Below are positions 19,101 to 26,789 of a DNA stretch of 31,809 bases, piece by piece. Made by a program: the position numbers and the translations under genes. The stretch lies in the NCBI GenBank assembly GCA_905373625.1, contig CAJPTS010000001.1, forward strand, positions 1-31,809, read 5' to 3'. The notes beneath the pieces are model-generated. The model was given only the letters and a program-made list of their open reading frames with translations. It did no database searches and had not been told where the DNA came from. The DNA comes from Bacteroidia bacterium. GTDB lineage: Bacteria > Bacteroidota > Bacteroidia > Bacteroidales > CAJPTX01. Numbering within the stretch: position 1 is the stretch's first letter; the number at the start of each line of letters is the position of its first letter.

Positions 19101-20526
19101 GGGACAGAAGCCTGTAACTCGTTTTTCGCCCGCCTTATTAGGCGAGGGGATTTTGCGTGTCCTTATGGGGTTGCGCACTATCTCTGCCACGTATTCGGAA
19201 ACTGATGGAACGTTTGTACCAGGATATTTGCCCAGTACGGCGATTCTCGGGTTTGAAGGAGTGCGCTCGGGAGCAGCGCCTGGCTTACCTTTCGTCTTAG
19301 GGTGGCAAGACCCCGATTTTGCACGCAATGCTGCTGCCAAGGGCTGGTTAACCCAAGATACAGCGCAAGTAGACGCATATAAGCTTACGCGAAATATCAA
19401 CTTTACCTATCGCATAAATATTGAGCCATTCCCGTTTTTCCGTATAGATATTACGGGGACGCGACAGTTCTCGCGGAATAAGAGTGAGTACTACCGCCCA
19501 ACGACTACAGGAGATTTTGAGTTGCTTAATCCAGTTGAGAGCGGGAATTTCTCTATCTCGGGTCTCTTTATTCGTACGGCATTTGAGCGCAGTGGACGTA
19601 ACGGAGATAAATACGCCTCGGCTGCATTTGAAAAGTTCCGCGAGAGTCGTCTAGAAATAGCGCGTCGAGTGGCAGCACAGCGTTCTAATTCTACTGCTAC
19701 GGGACCCGATGGTGTATTTCCAGACGGATATAGTGGACTATCCCAAGATGTACTAATCCCCGCCTTCCTTGCTGCGTACACTGGGAGTACGACGAATAGC
19801 GTCTCGTTATCTACCTTCCCCATGATACCCCTGCCAAACTGGCAAATTACGTACGACGGTTTGTCGCGCATGAGTTTCTTTAAGGAGCTCTTCAGACAGG
19901 TGTCGTTGCGTCACGGCTACCGTGCTAATTATATAATTGGTAATTATCAAACCAATGAGGCGTATCAGGAAGGCGCTGACGGTCTGTCTTATGTACGAAA
20001 TGTGCAGCAAGATTACGTCGCACGTTATCAGATCACGAACGTTGCCATCTCTGAACAGTTTAGTCCGCTCATTGGTATTGATTTGGGCTTTACCAATTCG
20101 CTTACTACGAAGGCTGAAGTGCGCAAGAATCGCTCCTTAGCGATGAGTTTCTCTAATAACCAGCTCACCGACATGGACAGCTGGGAGTATGTATTAGGGG
20201 CAGGATATCGATTTGAAAATCTACCAATTGTACTGAAAAACCAGCTCGGTGGAAAGAAAGTCCTTAAAAGCGAATTGCGTCTACAGGGCGATTTCTCTGT
20301 ACGTAACACGCAAACCATACTGCGCAAATTGGTAGAAGATACCAACACGCCCACGGCAGGGCAGTGGTCATATGCGCTAAAGCTTTCGGCTGATTATATG
20401 CTCACGGAGCAGATAAATATCCGTTTCTTCTTTGACCGAACTGTCAATACGCCTCTCGTCTCATTAAGCTTCCCCACCTCTACCACGAGCTTTGGTTTCA
20501 GTGTTCGGTTTATTCTAGAACAGTAG
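13189..20526 (+). CDS. sprA: T9SS outer-membrane translocon SprA (Sov)
   Basis: 2445 aa with signal peptide (AKA-Q); IEAGNVSMPL, YEANRHFFL, W.LMMKNIYSLG, YLDDFE, RARLAWYTID, WGGIMR, YLEFWLMDPF, WVNELR, ISEQFSPLIG; follows ruvA. Exact start uncertain (GTG 13189 or 13192). Confidence 0.96.
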   Translation: MVGVLACISKKKKARLYWLFALVLVPYISVYPAKAQEEGATSGSIRTPALPSLVAKKYEVVYDARTGNYFVYNKIGDLTVGQPRVLSAQEYRDFRREESMRQFWQNSHGEQRDNSAAGSRILPVLQVGGDEFDRIFGSNVIEIVPQGSAELTFGVTHSNTQNYALPEDMRSNTTFDFDTKLQINLTGRIGDKLRMDVKYNTEATFDFETNVKVEYTGHEDEIIQKIEAGNVSMPLPGSLITGSQSLFGFRTDLKFGRLNVSAVLSQRKGQAQTIEVKGGAQTKDFEVRADQYEANRHFFLSKYFYDRYDQALSQLPLVGSGIEIQKIEVWVTNKQGRFDDSRDVVAFVDLAEVGSNIFANSVVHPVAGERLPSNASNTLYHDMTQGAYAGIRSLADVTAILAPLAAQKFQNGQDYEKLESARKLRPNEYTLNAKLGFISLNMSLNADEVLAVAYEYTYQGKTYKVGELSTDGINAPEALVVKLLKGTDLSPTMPTWRLMMKNIYSLGAFQLAKKDFQLDVLYQDDEIGTAVNYLSKGNLQREPLLSVLNLDNLNSQGDYGPDGVFDYIEGVTIQPATGRFIFPMVEPFGAYLAKKIGDPTVADALCYRELYDSTLSRAQQAAEKNKFLIRGEYQSSSNSEISLNAPNVPKGSVVVTAGGQRLVENTDYVVDYLLGTVKILNQGLLESGTPIKISLESNLGLDFQTKTLVGTHLDYRFNEKFHVGGTILNLTERPLTKKVNYGNEAMSNTIWGLNTSYETEVPWLTRAVDMLPFLETKEKSSFSFDAEMANFIPGQSSYLDKRGAVYLDDFEANKSLIDLRMWNTWSLASVPQGQTAIFPEGEYVNDLRSGMQRARLAWYTIDPLFLRNSSLTPSHIRNNPEEQSSHFVREVEEQELFPNRSIPQGQPTTIPVFNLAFYPSERGPYNYDASRVNTDGTLQMPTSRWGGIMRALPVTDFENSNIEYLEFWLMDPFAEDRNTTGGELYFNLGNVSEDILRDGRKFYENGLPVDDDPAKTENTAWGRVPKVQSTVMAFDNDPNNRAKQDVGLDGLNSESETVFFSNYLSSLAATVGSTSTAVERARQDPSSDDFRYFRSSRYDDEHTGILDRYKYFNNTEGNSPTTEQSSESYPTAGTTLPDVEDLNRDNTLSDNESYYQYHVALRKNELEVGRNYVTDKVIAKAKFANGKESTVTWYQFKIPLKEYETRVGYIQDFKSMRFLRLYLRGFDAPVFLRFATLGLVRGEWRRYERSLLEAQEQLGGGGSEVTFFDVSAVNIEENNTRTPVNYVLPPGVTREIDASQTVENELNEQSMELKVSNLLDGDARAAFRNVSYDLRNYKRMSMDVHAEALINEPLKDDELTLFLRLGSDYTSNYYEYEVPLKLTAPGFYSNISEGDRRSVWPAENAIDLNLSEFREVKLQRDAMLRSLSGQTVRDAYRVEKDERSISVVGHPSLGHVRVLMIGIRNPKLGPALDDGHAKSGIVWVNELRLSRLDKSGGWAALASMNTRMADFGALSLTGRLQTPGFGALENKVNERAKELTYQYDANANLELGKFFPKRWEVSIPFYVSHGETFANPEYNPLDPDVPFDEALDHLPTQAEKEKLREIAQDYVRRRSLNITNVRVNKQGRDPRPWDLANFSLTYAYNEQNAHNVKTEYRNQVAHKGMFAYAFSARPKSYEPFRRIGFLSSNYLAIIRDLNFTPMPRQITFRTEVNRNFLEQKLRNINSPALQMRPTYAKSFEWNRAYGVNWDLMRNFRIDFTANNMAVIDEPEGQTLSQLKGAEREAWKDTVWASLRHFGRTTQYNHHLGVTYNPSINKLPFFGWLSGTASYTADFRWDAARRVAQNVNMNVGNTLQNAASIQLSAQASFTSLYSKISYLNNINQKFERIGNGSEATDVTKQEMRTVRFEKERFNIPVGQKRSVTHNLNLEEVTAKYINRDGSEVPLEVEVIAKNRVRVSSSVALSRGKLVLEGQKPVTRFSPALLGEGILRVLMGLRTISATYSETDGTFVPGYLPSTAILGFEGVRSGAAPGLPFVLGWQDPDFARNAAAKGWLTQDTAQVDAYKLTRNINFTYRINIEPFPFFRIDITGTRQFSRNKSEYYRPTTTGDFELLNPVESGNFSISGLFIRTAFERSGRNGDKYASAAFEKFRESRLEIARRVAAQRSNSTATGPDGVFPDGYSGLSQDVLIPAFLAAYTGSTTNSVSLSTFPMIPLPNWQITYDGLSRMSFFKELFRQVSLRHGYRANYIIGNYQTNEAYQEGADGLSYVRNVQQDYVARYQITNVAISEQFSPLIGIDLGFTNSLTTKAEVRKNRSLAMSFSNNQLTDMDSWEYVLGAGYRFENLPIVLKNQLGGKKVLKSELRLQGDFSVRNTQTILRKLVEDTNTPTAGQWSYALKLSADYMLTEQINIRFFFDRTVNTPLVSLSFPTSTTSFGFSVRFILEQ

Positions 20527-20582
20527 TTGTGCTCAGTTTTTTCGGTATTTCGTGGTATTGGGCACAGCGTAACCTACGTGTC

Positions 20583-22118
20583 ATGATACTGCGGAGCTGC
20601 CTCTTATTTCTGATCTTATTCGTGGGCGGAGAACTCAGTGCAGCGCGTCGGAACTATCGTCAGACCTCCCGTCTTCTTATGCGTACGCCTACAGAGCATG
20701 TAGGGAATGTCTTGATTCATAGACAGTTTGTGCAACATAATATCGTGGCACGAGACTTCCTGCCTGCACGTCCTCTTTGGGAGTTTTCATTAAGAGCTGA
20801 CTTCCGCAAGCAGGATAGTTGTTTCGGCTACCCTTTATTTCAACAAGAAAGCCAAAAATACGCTGCTTTAGGTCGAGGAGAGTATAATACTAATGATAGG
20901 ACTTATTTCGGCGACTTCTGTCTATCTTATGGCGTTTTTGGTGTGCTGCGAGGAACTAAAACACCTACTCCCGAATTATTCTATCCTTACCTCGTCTTAG
21001 ATACTACTCCCAGTGCTGCTACAGAGCGAGAAGCTTGTCTATCCTTCGGGCATATTTGGAGGACGCGCCAATGGGTCTTTGGTGTTGCGGGCAAGTTCCG
21101 AGCTCAAGAGCGGTATGCAAAAAAAGAGATACGGCTTCAAACAAAAGGAGTAGAATTCGCTTTGCGCGAGGGCGTCTATATTTGGGTAGATGACTATTGG
21201 TTAGGGCAATGGGCGTCTTTCACGCACTATTGGCAGTGGAATGAACTTCATTCGCAGAGTGGTGAGCAGCCTTTTTACCGTCATCTAGGTTTTGGGCTTT
21301 GGAATTGGGATAGAACCTTTGTTTCCGAGTCTATTTCTTTTGATAACAAGACGGGACAAGTGGCAGCAGGACTGCAAGTTGCTGCGCGCGATGACGGTTT
21401 TGTTGCCGATGTACATGGAGCGCACCGCTGGGCATCGCATGCAGACAAAGCGTATTGGGCAGCAGCTTCCCTAGAGCGTCAGGACTTGCGTGCACGCTTA
21501 GGTTATAGAAAAGAGTTAGGGGAATATACTACTGAGCTTTTAGCTGACATTCTATTGCAGAATAGAACGGGGGTGGAGCATTTTTACGATTCGGTGGGAC
21601 GCCGCGGCAATAAGCGCTACGAGCGTCTATTCTCATCGCCCATGTATACGAATGCTACGCGCTTAATGGGCATTAGCCTTGCCAGCGAGCACCCGATAGG
21701 GCGAGGCTACGCTTGGGGGAGTCTGTGGGGAGGGTATGGCTTGTACAGAAGTAAGTATGAGAACCCAGAGAATCGATACCGAAACACTTACTGGCGTACC
21801 GATTTAGAGCTTGGTTATTGGTTACGTGAGCACGCTTATTGGTTCGCTATTCAGTTGCGTGGTACGTGGCAGATGCAGATCGCTAGTGAACGAAACTTTT
21901 CGCGCCACGTACGCGATCCGTTGAAGTCAACCTTTTTGTTACCGACACTGGCACTCTCAGAAGCATCACGCGTAGAGGCAGAATTGCAACTGGACTGGGG
22001 CTACAAATGGCAAAATGCGTTTGTCTTAGTCGCAGCGCCGCATGTAGGTATTCAGCACGTATTTGAGGTTGGCAATGCGTTTTACGGGGGCGTGACGCTT
22101 CGTATACAAAAAGAGTAA
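20583..22118 (+). CDS. Putative outer-membrane beta-barrel protein (DUF6850-like)
   Basis: Signal peptide from ATG 20583 (ORF open from 20529); aromatic-rich alternating strands; FYPYLVLDT segment resembles DUF6850 proteins. The family call is from memory and unverified. Confidence 0.6.
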   Translation: MILRSCLLFLILFVGGELSAARRNYRQTSRLLMRTPTEHVGNVLIHRQFVQHNIVARDFLPARPLWEFSLRADFRKQDSCFGYPLFQQESQKYAALGRGEYNTNDRTYFGDFCLSYGVFGVLRGTKTPTPELFYPYLVLDTTPSAATEREACLSFGHIWRTRQWVFGVAGKFRAQERYAKKEIRLQTKGVEFALREGVYIWVDDYWLGQWASFTHYWQWNELHSQSGEQPFYRHLGFGLWNWDRTFVSESISFDNKTGQVAAGLQVAARDDGFVADVHGAHRWASHADKAYWAAASLERQDLRARLGYRKELGEYTTELLADILLQNRTGVEHFYDSVGRRGNKRYERLFSSPMYTNATRLMGISLASEHPIGRGYAWGSLWGGYGLYRSKYENPENRYRNTYWRTDLELGYWLREHAYWFAIQLRGTWQMQIASERNFSRHVRDPLKSTFLLPTLALSEASRVEAELQLDWGYKWQNAFVLVAAPHVGIQHVFEVGNAFYGGVTLRIQKE

Positions 22119-22152
22119 GATAAGCGTGGGCTAAAATAAACACAAGGGCAGC

Positions 22153-22647
22153 CTACTTAAATGTATAGCGGATATACGTTCCCGCATTCCACCAACCGTG
22201 CACGTTACCAGCAAAGTTGATGATGGGACTCACATCTGCCCCGATCGCAATTGGTACTTTTTCAAAAACATACTCCACACCACCTACAGCATCTATGCCC
22301 GCGTAAGCTTTATTTGCGCGGGGCAGCCCAGTAAACGGATTATAGCCGTCGCTCGTCTGAAAGGCAAGGTGCGCTCCTCCTCCAATATACCATCGCAAAC
22401 CTGGCAGACCGCCTATTATGAAGTGATGTTCGTATAGAGCCGTCATGCCAAAACCAAAATTGCCAACGTGTACGAGACCTTCAAGAGCAGAGGCGTCGTT
22501 CAAAAAATATTTGATAGTCCCACTCATCCACGGAGAGCCTACCTTAACCCCTAGCCCTAAATCATAGTGGTACTGTGCTTTAGCTTCGCGAGTTAGAAAA
22601 AAGAACACGCCGATTAAAGTGACAAATAATATGAATTTGCGTTTCAT
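22153..22647 (-). CDS. Small outer-membrane beta-barrel protein
   Basis: Signal peptide AKA-Q; Gly/aromatic strands (WYIGGGAH, GIDAVGGVEYVF); C-terminal YIRYTF beta-signal. Confidence 0.8.
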   Translation of the reverse strand: MKRKFILFVTLIGVFFFLTREAKAQYHYDLGLGVKVGSPWMSGTIKYFLNDASALEGLVHVGNFGFGMTALYEHHFIIGGLPGLRWYIGGGAHLAFQTSDGYNPFTGLPRANKAYAGIDAVGGVEYVFEKVPIAIGADVSPIINFAGNVHGWWNAGTYIRYTFK

Positions 22648-22718
22648 TTGAATGTAATTTATAAGACAGGACTACTCTTAAACACGAAATAGGGCACAAA
22701 TAGTATGCCTATCATGGG

Positions 22719-22726
22719 CAAAAATA
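22719..22726 (-). promoter_or_regulatory. Candidate -7 promoter element for the small OMP gene
   Basis: Minus-strand TATTTTTG (TAnnTTTG) about 70 bp upstream of ATG 22647. Confidence 0.35.
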
Positions 22727-22832
22727 TAACGTAGAAGTTTGCGAAAAATTCGGTTTACACCTGCCATTGTTTGCCTACATAATGGTACGTAAGGCTAAAA
22801 ATATAGTACTGCGAATGTGAAGCGTTTGGTTC

Positions 22833-23909
22833 TTAGCTCTTTGCCAAACGTAGTACTTCTGAGGCGATTTTATCAAGGGGTAGGATCTTATCCGCAGCAC
22901 CGAGTTTGATGGCTTCTTTGGGCATACCAAATACCACGCAGCTCTGCTCGTCTTGTGCAATAGTGCGTGCGCCCGCATCCTTCATTTCGCGTAGCCCTTT
23001 TGCACCGTCATCGCCCATTCCTGTCATAATCACCCCGATGGCGTTAGCCCCAGCATAGCGTGCTGTACTACGAAATAACACATCTACAGAAGGGCGGTGT
23101 CTATTTACCAGTGGCCCCTCGCGTGTCTCGACGTAATATTTCGCTCCAGAGCGCTTCAGCAGAACGTGAAAATTCCCTGGTGCTATGAGAGCCTGCCCAC
23201 GTAGTACTGCGTCGTTATTTGAGGCTTCTTTGACCGTAATATTACAAATTTCGTCCAAGCGCTTGGCAAACGAAGTTGTAAACTTCTCGGGCATGTGCTG
23301 CACTATCACAATGCCAGGACAATCCACGGGCATTTGTTTTAAGAATACCGTCAATGCCTCCGTTCCACCCGTAGAAGCGCCCACGGCCACAACAAGCTCG
23401 GTAGTCTTAATCATGCTGGTGCTAGGCATGCCAGCAGGTAGAATCGCGTCGGCAGAATATTTTGGTCCTACATGGTGTGGTTCTACAATCACGCGCTGAC
23501 GTCGCATGCGGGCATAAGATGCCGCTTTAATGGCATCACAGATCTTTATACGAGACTCTTCTATGAACTGCCGCGTGTTCATCTGTGGCTTTGTAATAAT
23601 TTCCACAGCGCCCAGTTCTAGGGCTTTCATACCTGTAATAGTCCCTTGTTCAGTAAGACTGGAGATAATTACCACGGGGATCGGGTGTTGGCTCATAATC
23701 TTTCGCAGAAAGGTCAAGCCATCCATGCGTGGCATTTCCACATCGAGAGTAATTACGTCGGGGACTTCCTCCGCTATGCGCTGTGCAGCAAAGAAGGGAT
23801 CAGCTGCCGTAGCCATCACCTCTAGCTGCGGGTCAGAGTTAATAATCTCAGCCAGCGTCTGTCGGACGACGGCAGAGTCGTCCACAATAAGCACACGTAG
23901 TTTAGCCAT
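22833..23909 (-). CDS. cheB: Chemotaxis response regulator methylesterase CheB
   Basis: REC domain (VDDS, LDVEMP, KP) plus [33 protein letters not shown]. Confidence 0.97.
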   Translation of the reverse strand: MAKLRVLIVDDSAVVRQTLAEIINSDPQLEVMATAADPFFAAQRIAEEVPDVITLDVEMPRMDGLTFLRKIMSQHPIPVVIISSLTEQGTITGMKALELGAVEIITKPQMNTRQFIEESRIKICDAIKAASYARMRRQRVIVEPHHVGPKYSADAILPAGMPSTSMIKTTELVVAVGASTGGTEALTVFLKQMPVDCPGIVIVQHMPEKFTTSFAKRLDEICNITVKEASNNDAVLRGQALIAPGNFHVLLKRSGAKYYVETREGPLVNRHRPSVDVLFRSTARYAGANAIGVIMTGMGDDGAKGLREMKDAGARTIAQDEQSCVVFGMPKEAIKLGAADKILPLDKIASEVLRLAKS

Positions 23910-23914
23910 CAGCG

Positions 23915-24379
23915 CTACATAGACTTTTGTATTAGGCGTTGGCGCACAGCGCCAGTCTCTGTGTCAAACTCTAACTTCCGTCCGTTTTTGCCCCCTGTAC
24001 TCCGTGCAACTATGGGGATACCTAGCGCTTTAAGCTCCTCCTCGGCTGTTTGGATATTGCGTGCACCGATTTGGAAATGTGTGCCCGTTTCTATGACCTC
24101 GCCTCCACCAAAAATCTTCGCAATAAGATCTTCCTTTCTGCAACCGAGCGATTCTAATTTTTGTAGCAATTTCCGGATGGCGATATTGCCGTACTTAGGA
24201 CTCTCCAGTCCCTGTCCATTCCAAAGAGGGAGCATGAAATGATTTATGCCCCCGATATTCTTGCTCTTGTCGAAAAGACAAACGGCCACGCAGGAGCCGA
24301 GAATCGTCGAAACGGTCACAGGATCCTTACTGGCAAAAAGCGCGGCAGGATATAAAAAGTGCGTCTCGCGTGCTGGCAT
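23915..24379 (-). CDS. cheD: Chemoreceptor glutamine deamidase CheD
   Basis: [28 protein letters not shown]. Confidence 0.95.
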   Translation of the reverse strand: MPARETHFLYPAALFASKDPVTVSTILGSCVAVCLFDKSKNIGGINHFMLPLWNGQGLESPKYGNIAIRKLLQKLESLGCRKEDLIAKIFGGGEVIETGTHFQIGARNIQTAEEELKALGIPIVARSTGGKNGRKLEFDTETGAVRQRLIQKSM

Positions 24380-24381
24380 GC

Positions 24382-25311
24382 TTAGAAGGATTCTTCGTCA
24401 AAAAAGATCTCATTACTCTCCGCAGCATAGCCTTCTACAGGGAGTTCAGATTCGGGGATGCGAACAACAAATAGTGCTCCTTTCCCCAATTCGCTCTCGA
24501 CGGTGATTGAGCCTTCCAAGAGGTCTAAAATGGCTTTACTAACAGAGAGCCCCAAGCCGTGCCCCCTATTAACCGAGTTGATACCATTGTCGCCTCGTGC
24601 AAACCGATCAAATATTATCTTCTGTCTGTCTTCCGCGATGCCCACGCCGTAGTCCTTGACGTCAAAAGTCAACACCCCGTTTTCTATGTTTAGCGTAAGG
24701 TCTATAACGCCATTTTCATAGCTAAAATTTATGGCATTGTTCAGAAGGTTGGCCATGATGAGTTTCACGTAAAGCGGATCTGTTTTGAACGCCATTCCCG
24801 CTTCTTTTGACGGGCTGGTATCTTTGAAATTTACCATCAGGCGTTTTTTACGAAGCTCGTAACGGAAACTATCTAACAGTCCGTCTACAAGGGCGAGGAT
24901 ATCTACGTTGAGTACTTCGGGCGATTGCTCGCCTGCCTCTATCTTCGCCGCGAAAAAGATATTTCGGAACTGAAAGTCTAGACTAAAAGCCTCGGCATGT
25001 ATCAGCGCCACCATCTGAATCACCTTCTTCCATGCCTCTTTATCTACCGAGAGGATCGCGCGTGAGAGCCCCAAGATGGAGGTAAAGGGGTTCATGATTT
25101 CATTCGTGATATTGCTTATAAAGTGACTTTTGAGCGATTCCGACTCCTCCAACTTCTGGTTGACGTGGCGCAACTCGGCATTCAGAACCGTGAGCTCTTC
25201 TACGGTCTGGTTATTGCGCGTGATACGGCGACGCAGCTCCTCGAGCAGTTCGGTATCTGAGAGGCGCGTACAAACTTCGCCATCTATCTTGTCGTTCGAC
25301 TGATTGTCCAT
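24382..25311 (-). CDS. Cytoplasmic histidine-kinase-like protein (coiled coil, HisKA-like, HATPase) lacking the canonical phospho-His
   Basis: H-box reads FISNITNEIMNP (Asn70 where His is expected); N box NLLNNAINF, G1 DYGVGI, F box IFDRF and G2 GHGLGL are intact; no TM or sensor domain. Confidence 0.88.
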   Translation of the reverse strand: MDNQSNDKIDGEVCTRLSDTELLEELRRRITRNNQTVEELTVLNAELRHVNQKLEESESLKSHFISNITNEIMNPFTSILGLSRAILSVDKEAWKKVIQMVALIHAEAFSLDFQFRNIFFAAKIEAGEQSPEVLNVDILALVDGLLDSFRYELRKKRLMVNFKDTSPSKEAGMAFKTDPLYVKLIMANLLNNAINFSYENGVIDLTLNIENGVLTFDVKDYGVGIAEDRQKIIFDRFARGDNGINSVNRGHGLGLSVSKAILDLLEGSITVESELGKGALFVVRIPESELPVEGYAAESNEIFFDEESF

Positions 25312-25331
25312 TCGTTACTATCTTTTTCGCT

Positions 25332-26201
25332 TTATATCTTCCGAAATATGGTGGGGCGTACGGGTTGCAAGGGGAGCGTCATGTTCATAATAGACTCTGA
25401 GTGCCCGAGAAAGAAGTAGCCCCCTTGTTTAAGCTTTGTGCACAATTTGCCAATTACTTTTTCTTGTGTTTGCCGATCAAAATAAATCAGGACGTTACGA
25501 CAGAAGACAACATCAAAGACCTCGTTGATAGAATACGTCTCGTCCATAAAGTTCATGCGCTGCACCTTGACGTGTCTTCGTAACTCGGGCACAACCCGCA
25601 CCGTGGGGTTCTCTCGATCCTTACTGCGGAGAAAATAGCGGTGCAAGATATCTATCGGCAGTCCCTCAACCTTATCCATCTTATAAACAGCATTCTCCGC
25701 CATCTTCAGCACTTTAGTGCTTAGGTCGGTACCCATGATGCTATAGTCATGCAGAACGCCTTTCGTTCGGCAGTATTCGGCAATTGTCATGGCAATGGTA
25801 TAAGGCTCCTCGCCACTAGAGCACGCTGCGCTCCAAATCTTGATGGGTCGTGCTCCAGCCTCACCGTAGTGTGCAGGCAGAACCGTATCGCGTAGGAAGT
25901 CAAAATGCACGGGTTCGCGAAAGAAGTCCGTTTTATTCGTACTCACCACGTCTAGCATCTGTATAAGCTCTTCTTGCTTGCCGCGCTCGCTCATCAGATA
26001 CTCGATGTACTCCTTGAACGAGTCCATTTGTAGCTCTCGCAGTCGTTTCTGCAACCTACTTTGTAGCATAATGCGTTTTGCAGGTGGCATTTTAATACCC
26101 GCGACGTTGTAGATAAAGGCACTCAGGCGTGCGAACTCCGCGTCGCTCAACTGCGCTCGGTAGCTGCTCGGGAAGGTCAGTAGCTGATCGTGATCTGGCA
26201 T
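25332..26201 (-). CDS. cheR: Chemotaxis methyltransferase CheR
   Basis: TNKTDFFRE, WSAACSSGEEPY, GTDLS, FCRNVLIYFD, LGHSE. Confidence 0.97.
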   Translation of the reverse strand: MPDHDQLLTFPSSYRAQLSDAEFARLSAFIYNVAGIKMPPAKRIMLQSRLQKRLRELQMDSFKEYIEYLMSERGKQEELIQMLDVVSTNKTDFFREPVHFDFLRDTVLPAHYGEAGARPIKIWSAACSSGEEPYTIAMTIAEYCRTKGVLHDYSIMGTDLSTKVLKMAENAVYKMDKVEGLPIDILHRYFLRSKDRENPTVRVVPELRRHVKVQRMNFMDETYSINEVFDVVFCRNVLIYFDRQTQEKVIGKLCTKLKQGGYFFLGHSESIMNMTLPLQPVRPTIFRKI

Positions 26202-26232
26202 ATTTGCCCTCTTCCTTTACGGCGGTTAACGT

Positions 26233-26772
26233 CTAAGCTTCGGGTGCGGCTGAGGTTTCAACACTGTCCTTTACAAGTGACTCTGATTCCAACGTCTTGT
26301 TGGTCAGGTCTATCAGATCTTCGCTACTAAATACCTCGTCCATGTTCAAGATCATGATAAACTTGTCATTGATGTTTGCCACTCCTTCTATGAACTCCGA
26401 ACGGTATTTGTTGCCCAGAGACGGTGGCGGCATAATCTGGTCGTGCTCAATCTCTATGACGGCTTGAACCGAGTCTACCAATGCGCCGACGTGTACAGAC
26501 TCACCCTCTAGGTCGATGTCCATAACCACGATACACGTGCTCGGGCTATACTCCGTGGGCGTCATACCGAACTTTATGCGGGTATCGATCACGGGCAGTA
26601 CGGAACCCCTGAGGTTTATGACTCCCGTCATATAATTGGGAGACTTCGGAACCTCGGTTATCTTGGTCATTTCCAATATGTTCAGCACCTTGCTCACGTG
26701 TGCTGCAAACTCCTCGTCGCCTAACTTAAACGTCAAGTAAGACGTTATCTTCGCAATATTCGTGTCACTCAT
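26233..26772 (-). CDS. cheW: Chemotaxis coupling protein CheW
   Basis: YLTFKLGDEEF, GVINLRGSVLPVID, GALVDSV. Confidence 0.96.
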   Translation of the reverse strand: MSDTNIAKITSYLTFKLGDEEFAAHVSKVLNILEMTKITEVPKSPNYMTGVINLRGSVLPVIDTRIKFGMTPTEYSPSTCIVVMDIDLEGESVHVGALVDSVQAVIEIEHDQIMPPPSLGNKYRSEFIEGVANINDKFIMILNMDEVFSSEDLIDLTNKTLESESLVKDSVETSAAPEA

Positions 26773-26789
26773 CTTCTCAACGATTGTTA

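Noticed and set aside
12597..20526. ruvA without ruvB, directly upstream of sprA
   Set aside because: Split ruvA/ruvB and ruvA-sprA adjacency are common in Bacteroidota, so this is not novel.
22775..22978. 67-aa minus-strand ORF overlapping the cheB 3' end
   Set aside because: It is an alternative frame of cheB with no independent coding evidence.
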